Source: Eledone cirrhosa (Eukaryota). From it: a stretch of DNA of 64,000 nt. The DNA is taken from NCBI GenBank assembly GCA_964016885.1, contig OZ024740.1, forward strand, positions 141,980,001 through 142,044,000, in the 5' to 3' direction. Position 1 is the stretch's first letter, and each line of letters begins with the position of its first letter. Both the position numbers and the translations under genes were made by a program. Below are positions 14,361-29,589 of the stretch, piece by piece. Below the pieces are notes generated by a model, which was given only the letters and a program-made list of their open reading frames with translations, searched no databases and was not told the origin of the DNA.

Positions 14361-14649
14361 CCAATACATAAAGTCATTGCACATTAAACGTGTCATCTAC
14401 AGACTTCCAATACTAGAATGTGGATCAGCTAGGAAAGTGTTCTAGCATCTAAAGACACTGATTGAGAGGGAGAGAGAGGGGCATGGTGAGAAGAAAGAAA
14501 GAGAAGGAGAGAGTAAGAGAGAGGGATACTGATAGACGTATAGCTAGGAAGACAGAGATATAGATAGGCAGTGAAACAGATAGATAAATAGATATAAAGA
14601 TATAGATAGGTGGATAGAGAAACAAATAAATGGATAGATAGATAGATAC

Positions 14650-14696
<47 letters not shown>

Positions 14697-15344
14697 CAGT
14701 GAGGGAGAGAAAGAGTGAGTGATAGAGATATAGATAGCTAGATTGTTAAATAAATAAACAAATTTATGATAAATAAACAAATATATGATAAATAAACAAA
14801 TGATAAATAAACAAATAAATGAATAAATGAATAAATGAATAAATAAATAAATAAATAAATCGAGAGACAGATAGAGAGATAAATAGACAGACACACACAC
14901 ATACACGATATAATCGGTCATCAAGTTGATACAGCACGCCTTCATCTGTCCCTCTCACTTTCCCCCAATGGTTTATTTCTAGTTTATTCATAACACACAG
15001 ATTGTAAGATACTTAAATACACTTGGAAATGACTTTCTTTGACTCTCTTTCTTTATTTCTTTCTTTCATTATCTCTAATCCTTTTCTTTCTAATTCTTCT
15101 TCGTTTTCCAGCATCTTTGTATATTATTACCTCCTTTCTCTTTTTATCATTCTCCGTTCATTTCTCTCTCTATCTCCCCTGCTAATTACCTCTTTCCTTC
15201 TCTCTCACTCCTTCACTGTCTGTCACTCTCTTTTTCTTCCTTATTGGCTTTCTTTATTTCCAGCTTGCATTCTCTTTTTACCTTTCTCCTGTCAATTTTC
15301 CCATTACTTCTTTCTTTCTCCCTCAATTATTCTCTCTCTAACTT

Positions 15345-15457
<113 letters not shown>

Positions 15458-15854
15458 ATATATCTCTCTGTGTTCTTTGTTGGCTTTGTTGTATGTGACG
15501 TTATCAACGCTAACACCCTGTCATGGGTGAAATTAAATGTAGCGCGCTTGCTCAAAAATTTATCGCCCTCCATTTCCTGTGAAACGAAAAATTAGCATCA
15601 AATCAAACGCAGACGACACCGAGTTGAATCAACGAAGAGCTGTCGCCGCCATGATGTCTTTCTGCAGTTTTATCTGAATTGGCTTTAAAAACCAATTTAT
15701 TGATCTTTCTTCTGAAAGATTTCCATGCATGTATGTAGGTGTGTATGTATGTGTGTGAGGTTACGTATGCAGATGTATGCGTGTCTGTATGCGTGTATGA
15801 ATGTATGCATGTATGCATGTATGTATGCGAATGAATGTATGCATGTATATATAC

Positions 15855-15902
<48 letters not shown>

Positions 15903-16326
15903 ATGTATGTTTCGATGTGCGTGTGTATAATTTCAATGCAAATTCATGTTTGTCTTCTCTTTTTATATTTATATTATTGCTGTTAGTTTCGTATTTCGAA
16001 CAAAAGCAACAATGACTAACAAAGGCAACTGAACTGTTGTTCCATATAATTCAATGTAAATTTTCTTTCTTATTTATAACCCTACACACATACACACATG
16101 CATGTGTGCGTATGTATGTAAACACACATACACATATATATATTTAAAAAACATAGTTTTATAATTTTCTCTATTATATTCACTAATAGAATCTTTGTTT
16201 CTTTCTTTTCTTCTTTCAGAGGTAAGGCTGTTTTTCAATAACTTCCGTTTTCTTTTACGCACCGACTAGGGTAAGTCGATCACACAACATTTCTTTATAT
16301 TGTAATGTCCATTATTGCTGTTATTG

Positions 16327-16430
<104 letters not shown>

Positions 16431-16953
16431 ATTTTTTTCACTTATAAGAAAGAGAAGATCGACCTAGTTCCGAAATCGTGTTGGTTTTATTATGTTGCGT
16501 TCGTTTTACTTTCGTTTTTTAATGTTTTTTTAACACTGATAGTCTATATAACCTATATAACAGTTACGGTGCTTTCATATATATATTGTTGATTTTTTTC
16601 TTTCTATGCTTTGATTATATTTCTATAGGAGTTGTCGACAAAGCATTTTAACTCTCAACATCAATGCCTATTATGTCATATTGAATATTCTATTATACAA
16701 TACAATATAGTATATTATTAGTATTCCATATGAGATGATGTAGTATTATATTACACAATACTATAAGGTGTATTGGTTCATGTTATAATATATATAAGAA
16801 AATATTTTATTATATTCTATTACATTGTGATTTGCATTGGGTTACGTGTTATAGCAATGCACTTGTGTACTGTAGCTGTAAATTTCACTTCAATCTGGCT
16901 ACGTATATAAACAATGTACGAACGAAGCTGAATTTTCGGTTTTTAAGCGCTGA

Positions 16954-17022
<69 letters not shown>

Positions 17023-17026
17023 TACA

Positions 17027-17116
<90 letters not shown>

Positions 17117-17139
17117 AAACAACAATGATATTAGTGGAG

Positions 17140-18430
17140 AGCAATCTAGGAGGTGTAACTGTCCGGATAGATCACCGTTTCTCCTCAACAATAGATGCTG
17201 AGAACATAACGTGGTCTACCAGTGCAATGTGAGGACGGAAAATTCCAACAAGGCCTCCATTGGATTAACCGCCTGCTATTTTAAGACCCAGTATTACCAA
17301 CACCAATATACATTTAGAAACCCGGCCCGGCGACACGCAACAGCACTTTCTGGCCTCCAAGACAACACTATTACCTACCATCTAAGTTGGAGCATACTTT
17401 CCAAGGTAAAATCTTACTCAGGAGGACGCCATCCGTGTAATTTATGCTCAGAGGAAACGATCCAAATGCTGTTTGCAAAGGACCAACTGTTAAACAATGA
17501 GGATGAACTTGTTACCTCGTGTAAACACAGAATACATAGGACATATCTTACCTTCAAACCCCCTCACGACACGGGTGGGTAGACCTCGGCTGTATCTTTT
17601 TCCTATTTACAAACCAAGATAGAGGAAACCCCAAGCATACTTAGGTAGGAGTAGAATTTTTTTCTTTTTTTAGTCTCTTATTTTCTTTTTTCTTCATTAG
17701 TTACACACTCTAATTACACTTAGGCGGATCATTGCTTATCTACACTATTATATTCAGTTTCCATTCTCCCTTAGTATTTTCCAAGTCTTTTCACTCCTGT
17801 TAAATATACATAGCACCGGCCGAACACATAGCCAGGTATTTTTTTTTGGGGGGGGGGTATCATTATGGAAGAAAATATTGATAAATTACTACATTGAGGT
17901 GCCGTTCTAGTGTATTAGAGTAACTAATAACTAAATTTTATTAATTAGTAATTTAATTAGTATTAAATTATATTTGCTTTGCTCTTTAGCCAATGTTAGA
18001 CCTGGCATATTCATATTCACTCTACAATATTCCTTGTTTCTCATAGATTCTTACCCCCTTTAGAGATAGCTGTAAAGAATTCTCTCTTAACGCATGACCG
18101 GCCAGGCATCCACAGGTCAGAATGTCATCTTACTCCCTCCCCTTTATTCTACAAGCAAGTTCAGCCACCCCCACCCCCACCCGCCGCTATGATGGAATTT
18201 AACTATGTATACGACATCCTAAAATCTTTGACCACTCCCCATGACAGAAAAGAAAAACAATTTTTAGAATTGTTTGATATGATACTACTGCTATGTTTTG
18301 ATTACATGCCCGTATATGGACTGTACCCTTTGATAAGTTCAGCAAGATTACTACCGTCCTAACACTATTGGGTTAGTTCAGATCTAGCTGCCGAAACGGC
18401 CGGAGCTCAGCGGTCGGTGTCCTGACAATA
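17140..18430 (+). pseudogene. 3' fragment of a Naiad-type PLE: decayed GIY-YIG domain, 3' UTR and terminal HHR
   Basis: CNCPDRSPFLLNNRC*EHNVVYQC..IGLT..CNLCSEE..SCKHR; HHR 18325-18420. Confidence 0.8.
18325..18420 (+). ncRNA. Type-I HHR, U3-A8 core, somewhat decayed
   Basis: ACCCT-TTGATAA(18330)-GTTCAGC...GCTGCC-GAAA-CGGCCGGAGCTCAGCGG-TC-GGTGT (GGGGT in sister copies). Confidence 0.65.
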
Positions 18431-18446
18431 TATATATATTGGAAAA

Positions 18447-18482
18447 GAGCTGAAGATCCGCGAAGGTGAAACAATTGTTCTC
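18447..18482 (+). ncRNA. Minimal HHR in a ~75-bp insert between TA tracts
   Basis: GAG-CTGAAGA-TCC(GCGAA)GGT-GAAA-CAATTG-TT-CTC. Confidence 0.7.
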
Positions 18483-18512
18483 GGTATGGTGAACTAACTG
18501 TTGTGTAACCAC

Positions 18513-18543
<31 letters not shown>

Positions 18544-18763
18544 TTCGGCGGGTAGAAAAAGCGAAGCGAAACGCAAATTCAGAGTTATGCTGGCAAGCGC
18601 TCAATAGTTAAACAACCAGAGCTAAACATATGTTAAAACACCATACAAACTGAAAAAGTGGTCAAGAAGGCATTAACAACCTAAGCCAAACAAAACAAGT
18701 GAAGCTAAACAGGTCAAACAAAATAAATGATAAAATCATATATATATATATATATATACATAT

Positions 18764-18818
<55 letters not shown>

Positions 18819-19059
18819 GGGAGTATGTATGTGTGTGTATCTGTGTCTGTATGTTTATTTTTCTAAGAAAAAATTGGAAGACAATATTTAATATATACGA
18901 TGTAGAACGAATTCATATGTTTATTTAAACAGAAGATTTCGGCGATATTGTAGTTTCATGTTTTGCGATCTTTCGTGAAACTCGAGTAAGTCTTCAGTTT
19001 GTGTGCGTATATCTATATACGTGAGTGTATGTGTGTGTGAGGTGTAATACGAATACTAC

Positions 19060-19996
19060 ATAACAACATTGGAACTATCAACACATCCAGAAGCAAGCGA
19101 CTGGGAACTGATTTTTGAAAGACATTTAAAGAAAAACCACTCCAAAGCCAATAAAAAATGAGAGATTAGACAATCAGAATAAAAGGAGCAAATGGTTCAA
19201 AATCTCTGGGTTAAGAACAGAAACTCACTGATTATTTTTAGCTACGACAAATTATAAAAAGTTATTCCCAAAGAATGTTGTTTTCTGCTTTGAATCCTCC
19301 ATTATCTGTGTAAAGTTGAGACCTAGCTTCCAAACTTCAAATTTACCATGTCTGTGGACATAATCTTTTTCTTTTTCTTTGCTAAAACTGAGACAAGATG
19401 GATAATTATTTCTTTCTCGGCTCCTTAAATTCTGAAGTTATTTACTGTGTTCTGCTTCAGTATGTACTGTCTGTGTTTTCCGGTGGAGAAGCTTTGATTT
19501 TGTGCTACAATTAGAAATCCTTCAGTCTCGGCTTTTGATCCTGCGCATCTTTGCCAGTTTTGTGGGATTTTTTATTGTCTTCATCTCTATTTTTAGCAGT
19601 TTTTGTTGCAATCGTTTCAGTATGACATTCTTCAGACTTGTTTTCAATTTATTTTTTATCCTTTTCATATTTCTGTTGTTTTTGCCTTTCTTTCATTTTC
19701 TTTATAATTATTTGTCAATTTACCTGTTTTGTATTTGTTGGCTTTCTTGAAGGCAGAAAACAATTTTTTGCATTGTTCATCCTCTGTGGCTATTTAAATT
19801 AACTTCCCATTAGGTATTTTTGTAGTTCTTTAGTATTTATTTTATAATAGTCTTCTAGTTGCATAAACCCCCTATCACCCTTTGTTCGTGACAACTATAA
19901 TCTTTCTACACCTGATTTGGGGTTGTAAATTCTAAATACAGTTATCTTTTTTGTTTTTCTAGCCAAATCTGTTTAGTGCTCAGTTCAGAATATTAA

Positions 19997-20000
<4 letters not shown>
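19060..20000. pseudogene. Degenerate R4/Dong-type LINE fragments in both orientations
   Basis: Minus strand VERL*LSRTKGDRGFMQLE (~19850-19910); plus strand WFKISGLRTET (~19195). Confidence 0.5.
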
Positions 20001-20079
<79 letters not shown>

Positions 20080-20907
20080 GAAGCATAAATTTAAACTCAC
20101 AAATTTGGCTTAAAAACGATTGATAATTAGATAAATATGAAAAATAAAAATAGAAACAAAATTAAGTAATGAGAAAAGGGGGAAGGGATATACTGGGATC
20201 GCTCTATAATTTATGCCTATTATCTTATTATTTGCATTTAGTTGTATCTGAAGCAGTAATCTAATCTTTTCTTTCGTCTGCATATATTGAACCCGTTCTA
20301 AGGATGTTGTATGTTTGTGTTTGGTCTAATTCTCCTATCTTAGTCCGACACCAGCTTTTTGTTTCCAATTACGTAAGTTTTTGCACTCATAGCTTTTCAT
20401 ACGTTTTCCTTTAAATTCAAAGTACATATCTCCGTATTGTCCTTCATTTTCAACAGAATTAGACGGTATTCATTTGTTGAGATTATCATGTTTTGTGTGA
20501 TTGTTTTGTCTCTTTATCCAACTTTTGTTACACATATAGTTTCATAAAATGAATATTTGTTATATATCAACACTCAATAAATGTTATGAGTGCTATTTAC
20601 ATGTGATAAGTTTCGCTGTTTAGCTCCATTCTAGTTTATTGTTGTCGTTTGGGTTTTAGTCATTATTTGGGGCTTGGAATCTCTCCGATTCAATTTATTT
20701 TTAGCACGTATCAACAAAAGGATATACGGTAAAGACATAAAATACATAAAATACTTTTTGCTAGGGTTCCTTGGTTCAAGCACATTCTTCTTAATTTCCT
20801 ATTTAAATTCCCTTTTGCTTTGGTGATGTGGGATTTATTTCAGATCTTGCAGTGAGTTTCCATATAGGTATTCATGATGTTATCTAGTCGAACCCATTAT
20901 TATTATT

Positions 20908-21320
20908 GGTGGATTGGCAGTATCGGTAGAAAGTCGGACACCATGCTTTGCAGCATAGAGTTACGTCCCTTTACTGTCTGAGTTCAAATCGTGCTTTACC
21001 TTTCACCCTTACGGGGTCAATAAAATAAAGTACCAGTCACGCACTGGGGTTGATTTAATCGACTTTCCCCTCCCCAAAAATTGCTGGCCTTGTTCCAATA
21101 TAAGAAACCATTATTATTATTAGTAGAGCGGTGGATTGGCAGTATCGGTAGAGGGTCGGACGCCATGCTTTCCAGCATAGTTACGTCCCTTTACGATCTG
21201 AGTTCAAATCCCGCCGAGGTTGACTTTGCCTTTCATCCTTACGGGGTCGATAAAATAAAGTACCAGTAATGCACTGGGTAATTGCTGGCCTTGTGCCTAA
21301 AGTAGAAACAATTATTATTG
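20908..21320 (+). mobile_element. Two tandem S1 SINE copies
   Basis: Copies at 20908-21120 and 21128-21320, A/B boxes, ATT tails. Confidence 0.9.
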
Positions 21321-23013
21321 TTAGTAGTAGTAGTGGTGATGGTGGTGGCGTGAGTTTCCTTTCTATAATAATATTGGGCTTCAACATACCTTTTTATTAC
21401 TCATAAGGTTTATCTAGCCTTATACAAGGTTTTATCTCATAGAAGGTTTCCCGTGTTCATTAATTATAGAGATCACACAACTATTATGAAAAGTAACGTG
21501 AAATTAAGCGTCTAACTCAAGAACATAAAGCGACGTCCTGTCACGGAACCAGACCCATGACTTTAGTCCAACACACTAATCACTCACGAACCCAAGTTTA
21601 TGAAGAAGACACATGACGAATGTGCCACGCAGTAATATCAAACATGAAAATACATAGTCGAGAAGCAACGCTTTTACCCATACAGCTATAACTGCACCGC
21701 TTGAGAATGTTTGTCTAGTGATAATCTCTCTAAGATATATTTAGACATATGACTTACCAATTGTAGCAGCCTAAAGTAGAGGTTTCAGCTATTGAACCAA
21801 ATGAAACATTCTGGAGTATAAATTAGGTTTTATATCAAAACGAATCTATTTACAAAATTGAATCGTTTAATCATATAAGCGCAACAAAACAGCCCACCTC
21901 AAACCCAACCCACACACATACGCACACACACATACACACACGATGTATGTGTGTAATATATATATATGTGATATATATATGTACATATATATACATATAT
22001 ATATGTACATATACATATATATATGTACATATACATATATATATGTACACATATATATATGTACATATATATATATAAACATACATACATGTATGCATGC
22101 ATACATACATACATACATGTACGCCTGCCTGCATGCATGCATGCATACATACAAAATACATACATACATACATACATACGTGCGTACATACACACATGCA
22201 TATGTATGTATATATGTAAACTACTCTACTTGCTCTATTTCGATATGTTGTTGTTGTTGTGAAACGATTTGGAAGAGAGCAAATCTCGTTACGTCTTCAG
22301 AATCAATCAGTGTTAAACTAAAATAATTGGGTTATCAAAACTGATCTCTTAATTCCACCTTAGGCTTTATATAGGTGCAACGACATTCCTGCTGCTGCTG
22401 CTTCTGCTGCAAACCTCACCCTCTCTTACTGATACTGAACCCCCATCCCACTAGCAACACCTCCATCAGCCTCAGCACCACCACAACTACTAATACCATC
22501 AGTGCTACCACCACCAACATGACTACCACCACCACAACTGCTAGCAGCAACATCACTATCATTGAGTCAATAAATGTGCTTCTACGTGGTCACGCGATAT
22601 GTTTAGAAATGGCAACCAAATCTTCCTAAACAAAAAAAAAAAAAAAAAAAAAAAGGACCCGATCGAAAGATCGGACCGAAGAAACAATGTTTCCATTGGT
22701 TTATCCATTGTTAATACTGTGTTCTGGCCACAACTTGCACAAAGAGGTTGAATTTAAACTCAGAACATACAGAGTGAAATGAGTTACTGCAAAGCATATC
22801 GTCTGACGCTTTAACAATTACATCAATCCACTGACCCTAGACTGGAATTTTCTTTATGGAAAAGCAAAGTAGACTCTCAAATATATGTTTTACATAAATG
22901 AGATGGCATCGTCGTGGCTAGGTGTTTTATCCACAAGGCTGATATAGGGTAAACAACAGCAACATGAAAACCATCACCACCAACTTCTATCACCAGAACC
23001 ACTAAACTGAAGT

Positions 23014-23285
<272 letters not shown>

Positions 23286-23649
23286 AAACAGAACAAACGT
23301 CACCTCGTTACCGTCTTCACTATCATTACCAACCACTGAACATCTACTTAGTCGATCAGTCTGCTACGAATAGAAGCCAAATTTCTCACGATTCACTATA
23401 TTACAAAGTAGAGGGCATTGTACATATCCAGTAAGGCCACCAGCTGAAATGCCTGTAGGGATGTCTTATCTACGTGGGTTGATATGAAGCAAATTAACAA
23501 ATACTACTGTAGTTACGTACTTGTGTTACGCGCGCACTGGTGTGTGTGTATGTGTGTTAGATAAGTGCATAAGTACAGTAGTATTGTTTGAAACGTTCGT
23601 AAATCAATTAAATAATTTAATGTAATCTAATCGTGGTTATTTTTATTTA

Positions 23650-23945
<296 letters not shown>

Positions 23946-26442
23946 CTAGCAGAAGTATATAACTAGCGTTGCCCGGGTGTAAGTGAAAGTTACTTCCCGC
24001 GCATCACAGGTTCAAAACTTCGAACTTCAATGAAAAAAAATAGGTTAGTAGACACGGGTGTGTAATTTATTAATTGTAGTTACACAGTGTATCGTTGAAA
24101 TTGTTCTCTACACGACTGACGGAAGTCAAAATCGCTTGATATTGAATGTTCAGTTAATTTAAAGCAGGGTGAAAATGTCGATTACTTTCAGGGTTTTTTT
24201 TTTTTACAACTTTTGCGCTCACATGTGCAGAAGAAGAATTAAAAGGACCTTTATCTTAACCGCGGCATAATGGCGAGTCTTTTGTGACAGTTTTCAAGAT
24301 TATAGGACGTTCCTGTAAAAAGTTTTCCCATGTGTAACTCTGCCTTGTTTTTTGGCGCAAAGTCGAGCCCCGCTTCAGTTTTATTGATTTTTTACATCAA
24401 TGCGTGATCTCTGAAGTAGATTTGAGTAGCTAAAAACCTGTCCCGGTAAATTTGCTATAGGTGAAAAAAAGTTGATCAAAATTGTATCTAGGGTTATTGC
24501 CCTTTGCCACAGCCTCAAGCCTCGTCTGACGGGATGTTGGTGATTCCTCCGTCAGCGCTTGTTGGCGACGAAGGCGAACATCAGCAAGCCTTGTCGTACG
24601 TGATGTTGGTGACTCAACCAGCCGGGAAAGACGTCTATCAGCGAGTCGAGATTCGCGCTCAGCAGGTGTTTCCTAGAGAAAATTAATTAATTCTACTGGT
24701 TAGCTAAGCCAATGGCAGTGTCAATAGTAAATGAGAAAAGTCTAACATGAACAAAAGGGAATCAAGGTAAGACAATAAATTTAATATAACTACGATTAGA
24801 ATGTTGTAGTTGCTTAAAAGTGGTGACAGTTAGGATAAACGCAGTACTTGCTAACATTAAGGGAGAATATTACATAAAGGATTAATCAATTGTGAATGAA
24901 CTCATACCTGAGAACGCCTAATTCGTTGTCTCAAAGCAGTAGCTGTACCTTTTTTGGAGGTAAGTCTTGAACGTTTCCGTGTGGGCATAACGACGTGTAA
25001 CGAAGCTGTTAGGTTAGAGAGAGGTGATTAAATACAGAGAGAGATGACACCAGATTCGTTAGCATGGTTACTGGTGAATGGGAAGGTTTGGAAATATGAT
25101 TACAATAACTTACCGAATTTTCCCGTCTATAAATTGCACTTAAAATAATTAAATTTAATCAAAAAACAGCTCTGCGCTTTATACTCCGGTGAGCCTTATG
25201 TATAAATAATACAATGGTAATCAATCACGGCTCTAACAGAAGTAATAGATCTAGACTAAAAGTAAAGAAGATAGCATTTTCCTGGTTGGCCTTACACGCC
25301 GTTGCGCGGACCTGATTTTAAATGATACGCCTTATATCCGGGTGAGCCTTCTAGAGCGGAAAATATCTATTGGAAAAGAATACGAATTCATGACCAAGGT
25401 GTGACAAAATAGGCGTCTATACAGCGCCTGAAACAAACTTGTCCAAAACCCTAGGATTTTTCTCGTTAAGTATCCACCCAAAAGGAACCGTTTTTTAGTT
25501 ACAAAAAATAACCAAAGTGTATAGTAGCTATATCTCTGACATATAATGCGAAAAAGAACAATATATTCAAAAAATGTTCTAAAGTACATTCAATCTCTCT
25601 TTTTGACCGATATCTTAATAAGCAAGTTATCGATTTTTTATTGGCTGTCAGTGTCTATCTGCATGCAGGTGTGCACGTGTGCGCAATTAATTGCAAATAC
25701 GCTCATAACATTTAGTCGTAAGCAGAACAAAAAATGCCATTAGAGGTGGGCTAATAATGAAGACACAAACCCTGGTGAACTTACGTTTAAACACCCGAAA
25801 AGTTACTCACTTCCTGTGCAAAAGACTGTATTATAAATTAAGTAATTTTTTAGAATCTTTTGTTTAAAAAAGGAAAACATTGGTACGGAAGTAACATTTT
25901 TTACAACTTTGTATGTGTACAATACAACTTGGTCAACGTATTATTTAGTAATTTTTTTTTTCAAAAAGCATGATTATTTAAGACTGTTTGAAAATTTACT
26001 CACAGCTTTTAGCATCACAAAAGACACCATTAAATTTGGTTCCCTTTTCAGATAGGGATAATACTGTATTTCCACTTGAATCAGGTGGAATATGAAAAGA
26101 TAAACTCTTTAATGGTCGGTCGTTTACTGAGACAGCTGGGAAGACATGCAGCTGACAGTCCAATCAATAACGCACGTCCTTATATGGGCATATGAAATTT
26201 TTTTTATTGCGCCAGATGTAAACTAAGAGTTCTTGTGTTCGAATTCACATAAAATTTCATTGGAATCGAAAAACATTCTGTCATAGGGCCCGATTATCGA
26301 TTTTTCGAAAATTTCAAGTAGCCTATTCCACTCTACGCGTTGAGTTTTATATATGTGTGAGGTTTCATGAAAATTGGATGAACGGTGTAGCATGCAAGTT
26401 GGGAACACCAAACAATGTCCATCTTCCCTTTATATATATAGA
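23946..26442 (-). mobile_element. Non-autonomous Helitron (~2.5 kb)
   Basis: On the minus strand it starts A|TCTATATATATAAAG and ends CCCGGGCAACGC..CTAG|T; no TSD; no Rep/helicase ORF. Confidence 0.7.
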
Positions 26443-27130
26443 TATATATATAATATATATATGAACTTAGGGTTTGCAGAGTTGATCATGTAAATTCACA
26501 TAGATGTTTGTAGTTATCACATAAACATATGAATTTTTTAAAAAAACTAAACATAAGATCATTACTTTTCACACATTATGGATACATGTCTCATTCAGGA
26601 ATACTGATATTTACAATATAGTGGCTGGTTTTTATACATACTAATACCTCTACATTAAAACATAGGGTTTTTATGCCTCGCCTATGTCTGGTTATTTTTA
26701 ATTTTTCTCTCGATATAACAGCTGGTTTCTCTCCTAACCACATATATCTCCCTTACATTAATACTAGAGCTAAATAAATAAATAAATAAATAAATGTATC
26801 ATTGATACGTTTACTCAACGGACGTCCCACTACCTAGTTTTCTATATATATATATATATCTATCTCTATTTCCTCTCTCTCTACATATATATATATCTCT
26901 CTCTGTTTCTTTACATGAAGTTCTTCTCTTTATCTATCTTTCCATCTCTCTATTTTGTTCCATGCATTTCTTCTTTTTTCTTCTTTTTCTTCGTTTTCTG
27001 TCTTTCTTTCCTTTTTTCTCTCTTTCTTTCTCTCTGTGTACAATTTTTCCACTGCCAATTCAACTTTTCAAATACAAGTCGATGTTGTTACGGTATGTCA
27101 AATCTATTTATCTATAAAACTGTTTATATT

Positions 27131-27197
27131 GTATTTTGTCTGAGGAAGGCATAGCATATTGTTAATATGATATCCCTGAAATATATATAATGAAATA
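27131..27197 (+). ncRNA. HHR in 5' pLTR
   Basis: TATTTTGT-CTGAGGA(27140)-AGG..CCT-GAAA-TATATA-TA-ATGAAATA. Confidence 0.8.
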
Positions 27198-27375
27198 AAT
27201 ATGGTTTTATAAATATAGTTTCCATTTATGTAATATTGTAAATATACTCCAAATACTTGTCGAGTGCTTTTATATCAGTTATAAATATTTACTAGTTGTA
27301 ACCCAACAATTTAAATATAACTTTCCATGTATCTTGCTCCAATACTGTTGAGCGCTTTATATTATAACTGGAAAA

Positions 27376-29589
27376 ATGGAATTCTTTAAGATTACTTCCT
27401 CTTTAAAAGACATACCTCTACCTAGAAACAAAGACTTTATAAAACAATTAATAGATAAATCTGACTCTTTTATAAGGAGAATCAGGTGGCGAGCATTCCA
27501 CTTTGATAAATCTAATATAAATGAAAATGTCTCGGACTTAAACAAAGTTTTCAAATCTAAAAGAAATCCACCCCCTAACAAACTTTTATCTGACTTTGAA
27601 AACGATATAATTTCTATCATACAAGGGGTCAAATTCAAGAGAAACTTCAAAGGCCAGGAATATCTGAAAGGCATTAAGGATAATATTGAGAGCTTAGAGA
27701 AAACTGAGAAGATCCTGGTGAAATCTGACAAGACCAACAACCTCTATGGAGTGCAGAAAGACATGTATAATGGCCTCATACTGAAGGAGCTGAGGAAAAA
27801 GTACAAGGTAGCAGATAAGGCCGAGCTTGAGAAAATGAATGTCGAAGCATCTTGTATAATGCACGAGTTGGAAATTGAGAACAGAACACAACCTTTCGTG
27901 CCCAGGAAACCGAAGATCAATATGAAAGATCACAAGAGGAATTTTGAAAATGACTTGCCAGTTAGATTGATCGCACCATCAAAATCGGACCTGGGCAAAT
28001 TAAGCAAAAACATTCTTGACAGGGTGATACAGCAAATTAAGAACTTGGATTGTTTATCTAACCTGAGCTTGTGGAAGGGAACTGGAGAGGTTGTTGAGTG
28101 GTTTAAGCAAATTAAATATAACAATAATAATAAGTTTATTCAACTTGATATTGCTAACTATTATTCTTCTATTACCCCTAATCTACTAAATAAGGCACTA
28201 AATTACGCATTCAAACATACTGACCTAACTAGCAATGAAATGCATATTATATTATCGGCTAGGAAAACTTTGATAGAATTTAATGACCAACTATGGACCA
28301 GAGCAGATAGAGATAGCAATTTTGACATTACTATGGGATCATCCGACTCAGCTCAGGTAACTGACCTTGTGGGCTTATTTTTAATCAATTCGCTACATAG
28401 GAAAATACATGGTACTACCGGAGGTTTATATAGAGATGACATGCTTTTACTTATTGATAATAATAACTCTGAACTAAATAGAAAATGTAAACAAATTACA
28501 CAATTTTTTAATTACTTTAATCTTAAAATAGAAATTGAGAACAACCATAGAATAGTCAATTTCCTAGATATAACATTAAATCTCAACACATGTCTCCACT
28601 ATCCTTTTCACAAGTTGAATGAAAACTTAAACTATGTCAACTTTAACTCTAACCACCCCAGATCTGTCAAAAACACTATAGTAAACTCTGTTCAAAAACG
28701 TATCTCTAGGATCTCGTCGAATAGAAAGATTTTCGACGAAAAAGCCCAATACTACAATGAAGCATTAGCTAGAGCAGGATATGCTGATAAGATTATGTAC
28801 ATAGATAATGATAGATAAACTAAACAAAATAATAACTATTTTAATTACGGCAACAACCTTAACAACTATAATAGAAAGCATTACAATAATTCCAAAGGCC
28901 AAAAAAGAAATAGAACTAGGAACATAATTTGGTTTGCCCCCCCTTTCTCACTAAACATTAAAACCCACATCGCTAAACTATTCTTTAAAGCTCTTGATAA
29001 TCGCTTCCCTAGAACACATAGGTATCACTCAATTTTCAATAGACATACAATAAAATTAACCTACTCATCCACCAAAAATTTAGCACAAAATATTAATAGA
29101 ATAAATAATAGGAACTTAAAACCTAGTGATAATAGCATAAATAATATACAAGTTAACAAATGTAACTGTAGAGATAGATCTAAATGTCCGTTAAATAACA
29201 ACTGCTTAGTTAAAAATATAGTATACAATTGTAATGTTAAAACTGACTCTAATTCTTTTAACTACGTCGGTTCCACATCGACGGAATTTAAACTTCGCTA
29301 TAATAACCACAAGAATTCTTTCACAGATCCAAGCAAAAAATCTTCAACGGCACTATCAGGCGTACTCTGGCAACTTAAGCTAGATAACGTTAGATATTCG
29401 ACGGCTTGGAATACAGTCTCAAGAGGGATTCCTTTTAATTCATCCTCTGAGACATGTGACCTCTGCGCAGAGGAGATATTCTTTATACTAAAATCTAAAA
29501 ATTCCCTTAATCTACGGACAAATTTATTCAGTTGCTGCAAACATAGATTAAACTCAACGTTTAAATATAAATTTAAATTTAAAATGTAG
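27376..29589 (+). pseudogene. PLE reverse transcriptase + GIY-YIG endonuclease, 737 codons, one in-frame TAA at 28816-28818
   Basis: DKT, LDIANYY, ITMGS, YRDD, NFLD, SNHP; the same frame after the stop gives IIWFAPPFS, CNCRDRSKCPLNNNC, IVY..YVG, CDLC, CKHR, then TAG at 29587-29589. Confidence 0.93.

Noticed and set aside
17199-17201. In-frame TGA in a Naiad endonuclease as selenocysteine (reported for some Naiads)
   Set aside because: The TGA follows rather than replaces the conserved Cys, and the copy is decayed; the stop in the 27376 ORF is TAA
18930-19000. HHR-like pieces (GAAA-CTCGAG-TA; similar at ~48810)
   Set aside because: No correctly placed 5' core or stem I; too fragmentary
20080-20890. 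Possible decayed retroelement coding remnant
   Set aside because: Could not recover diagnostic motifs in any frame by eye
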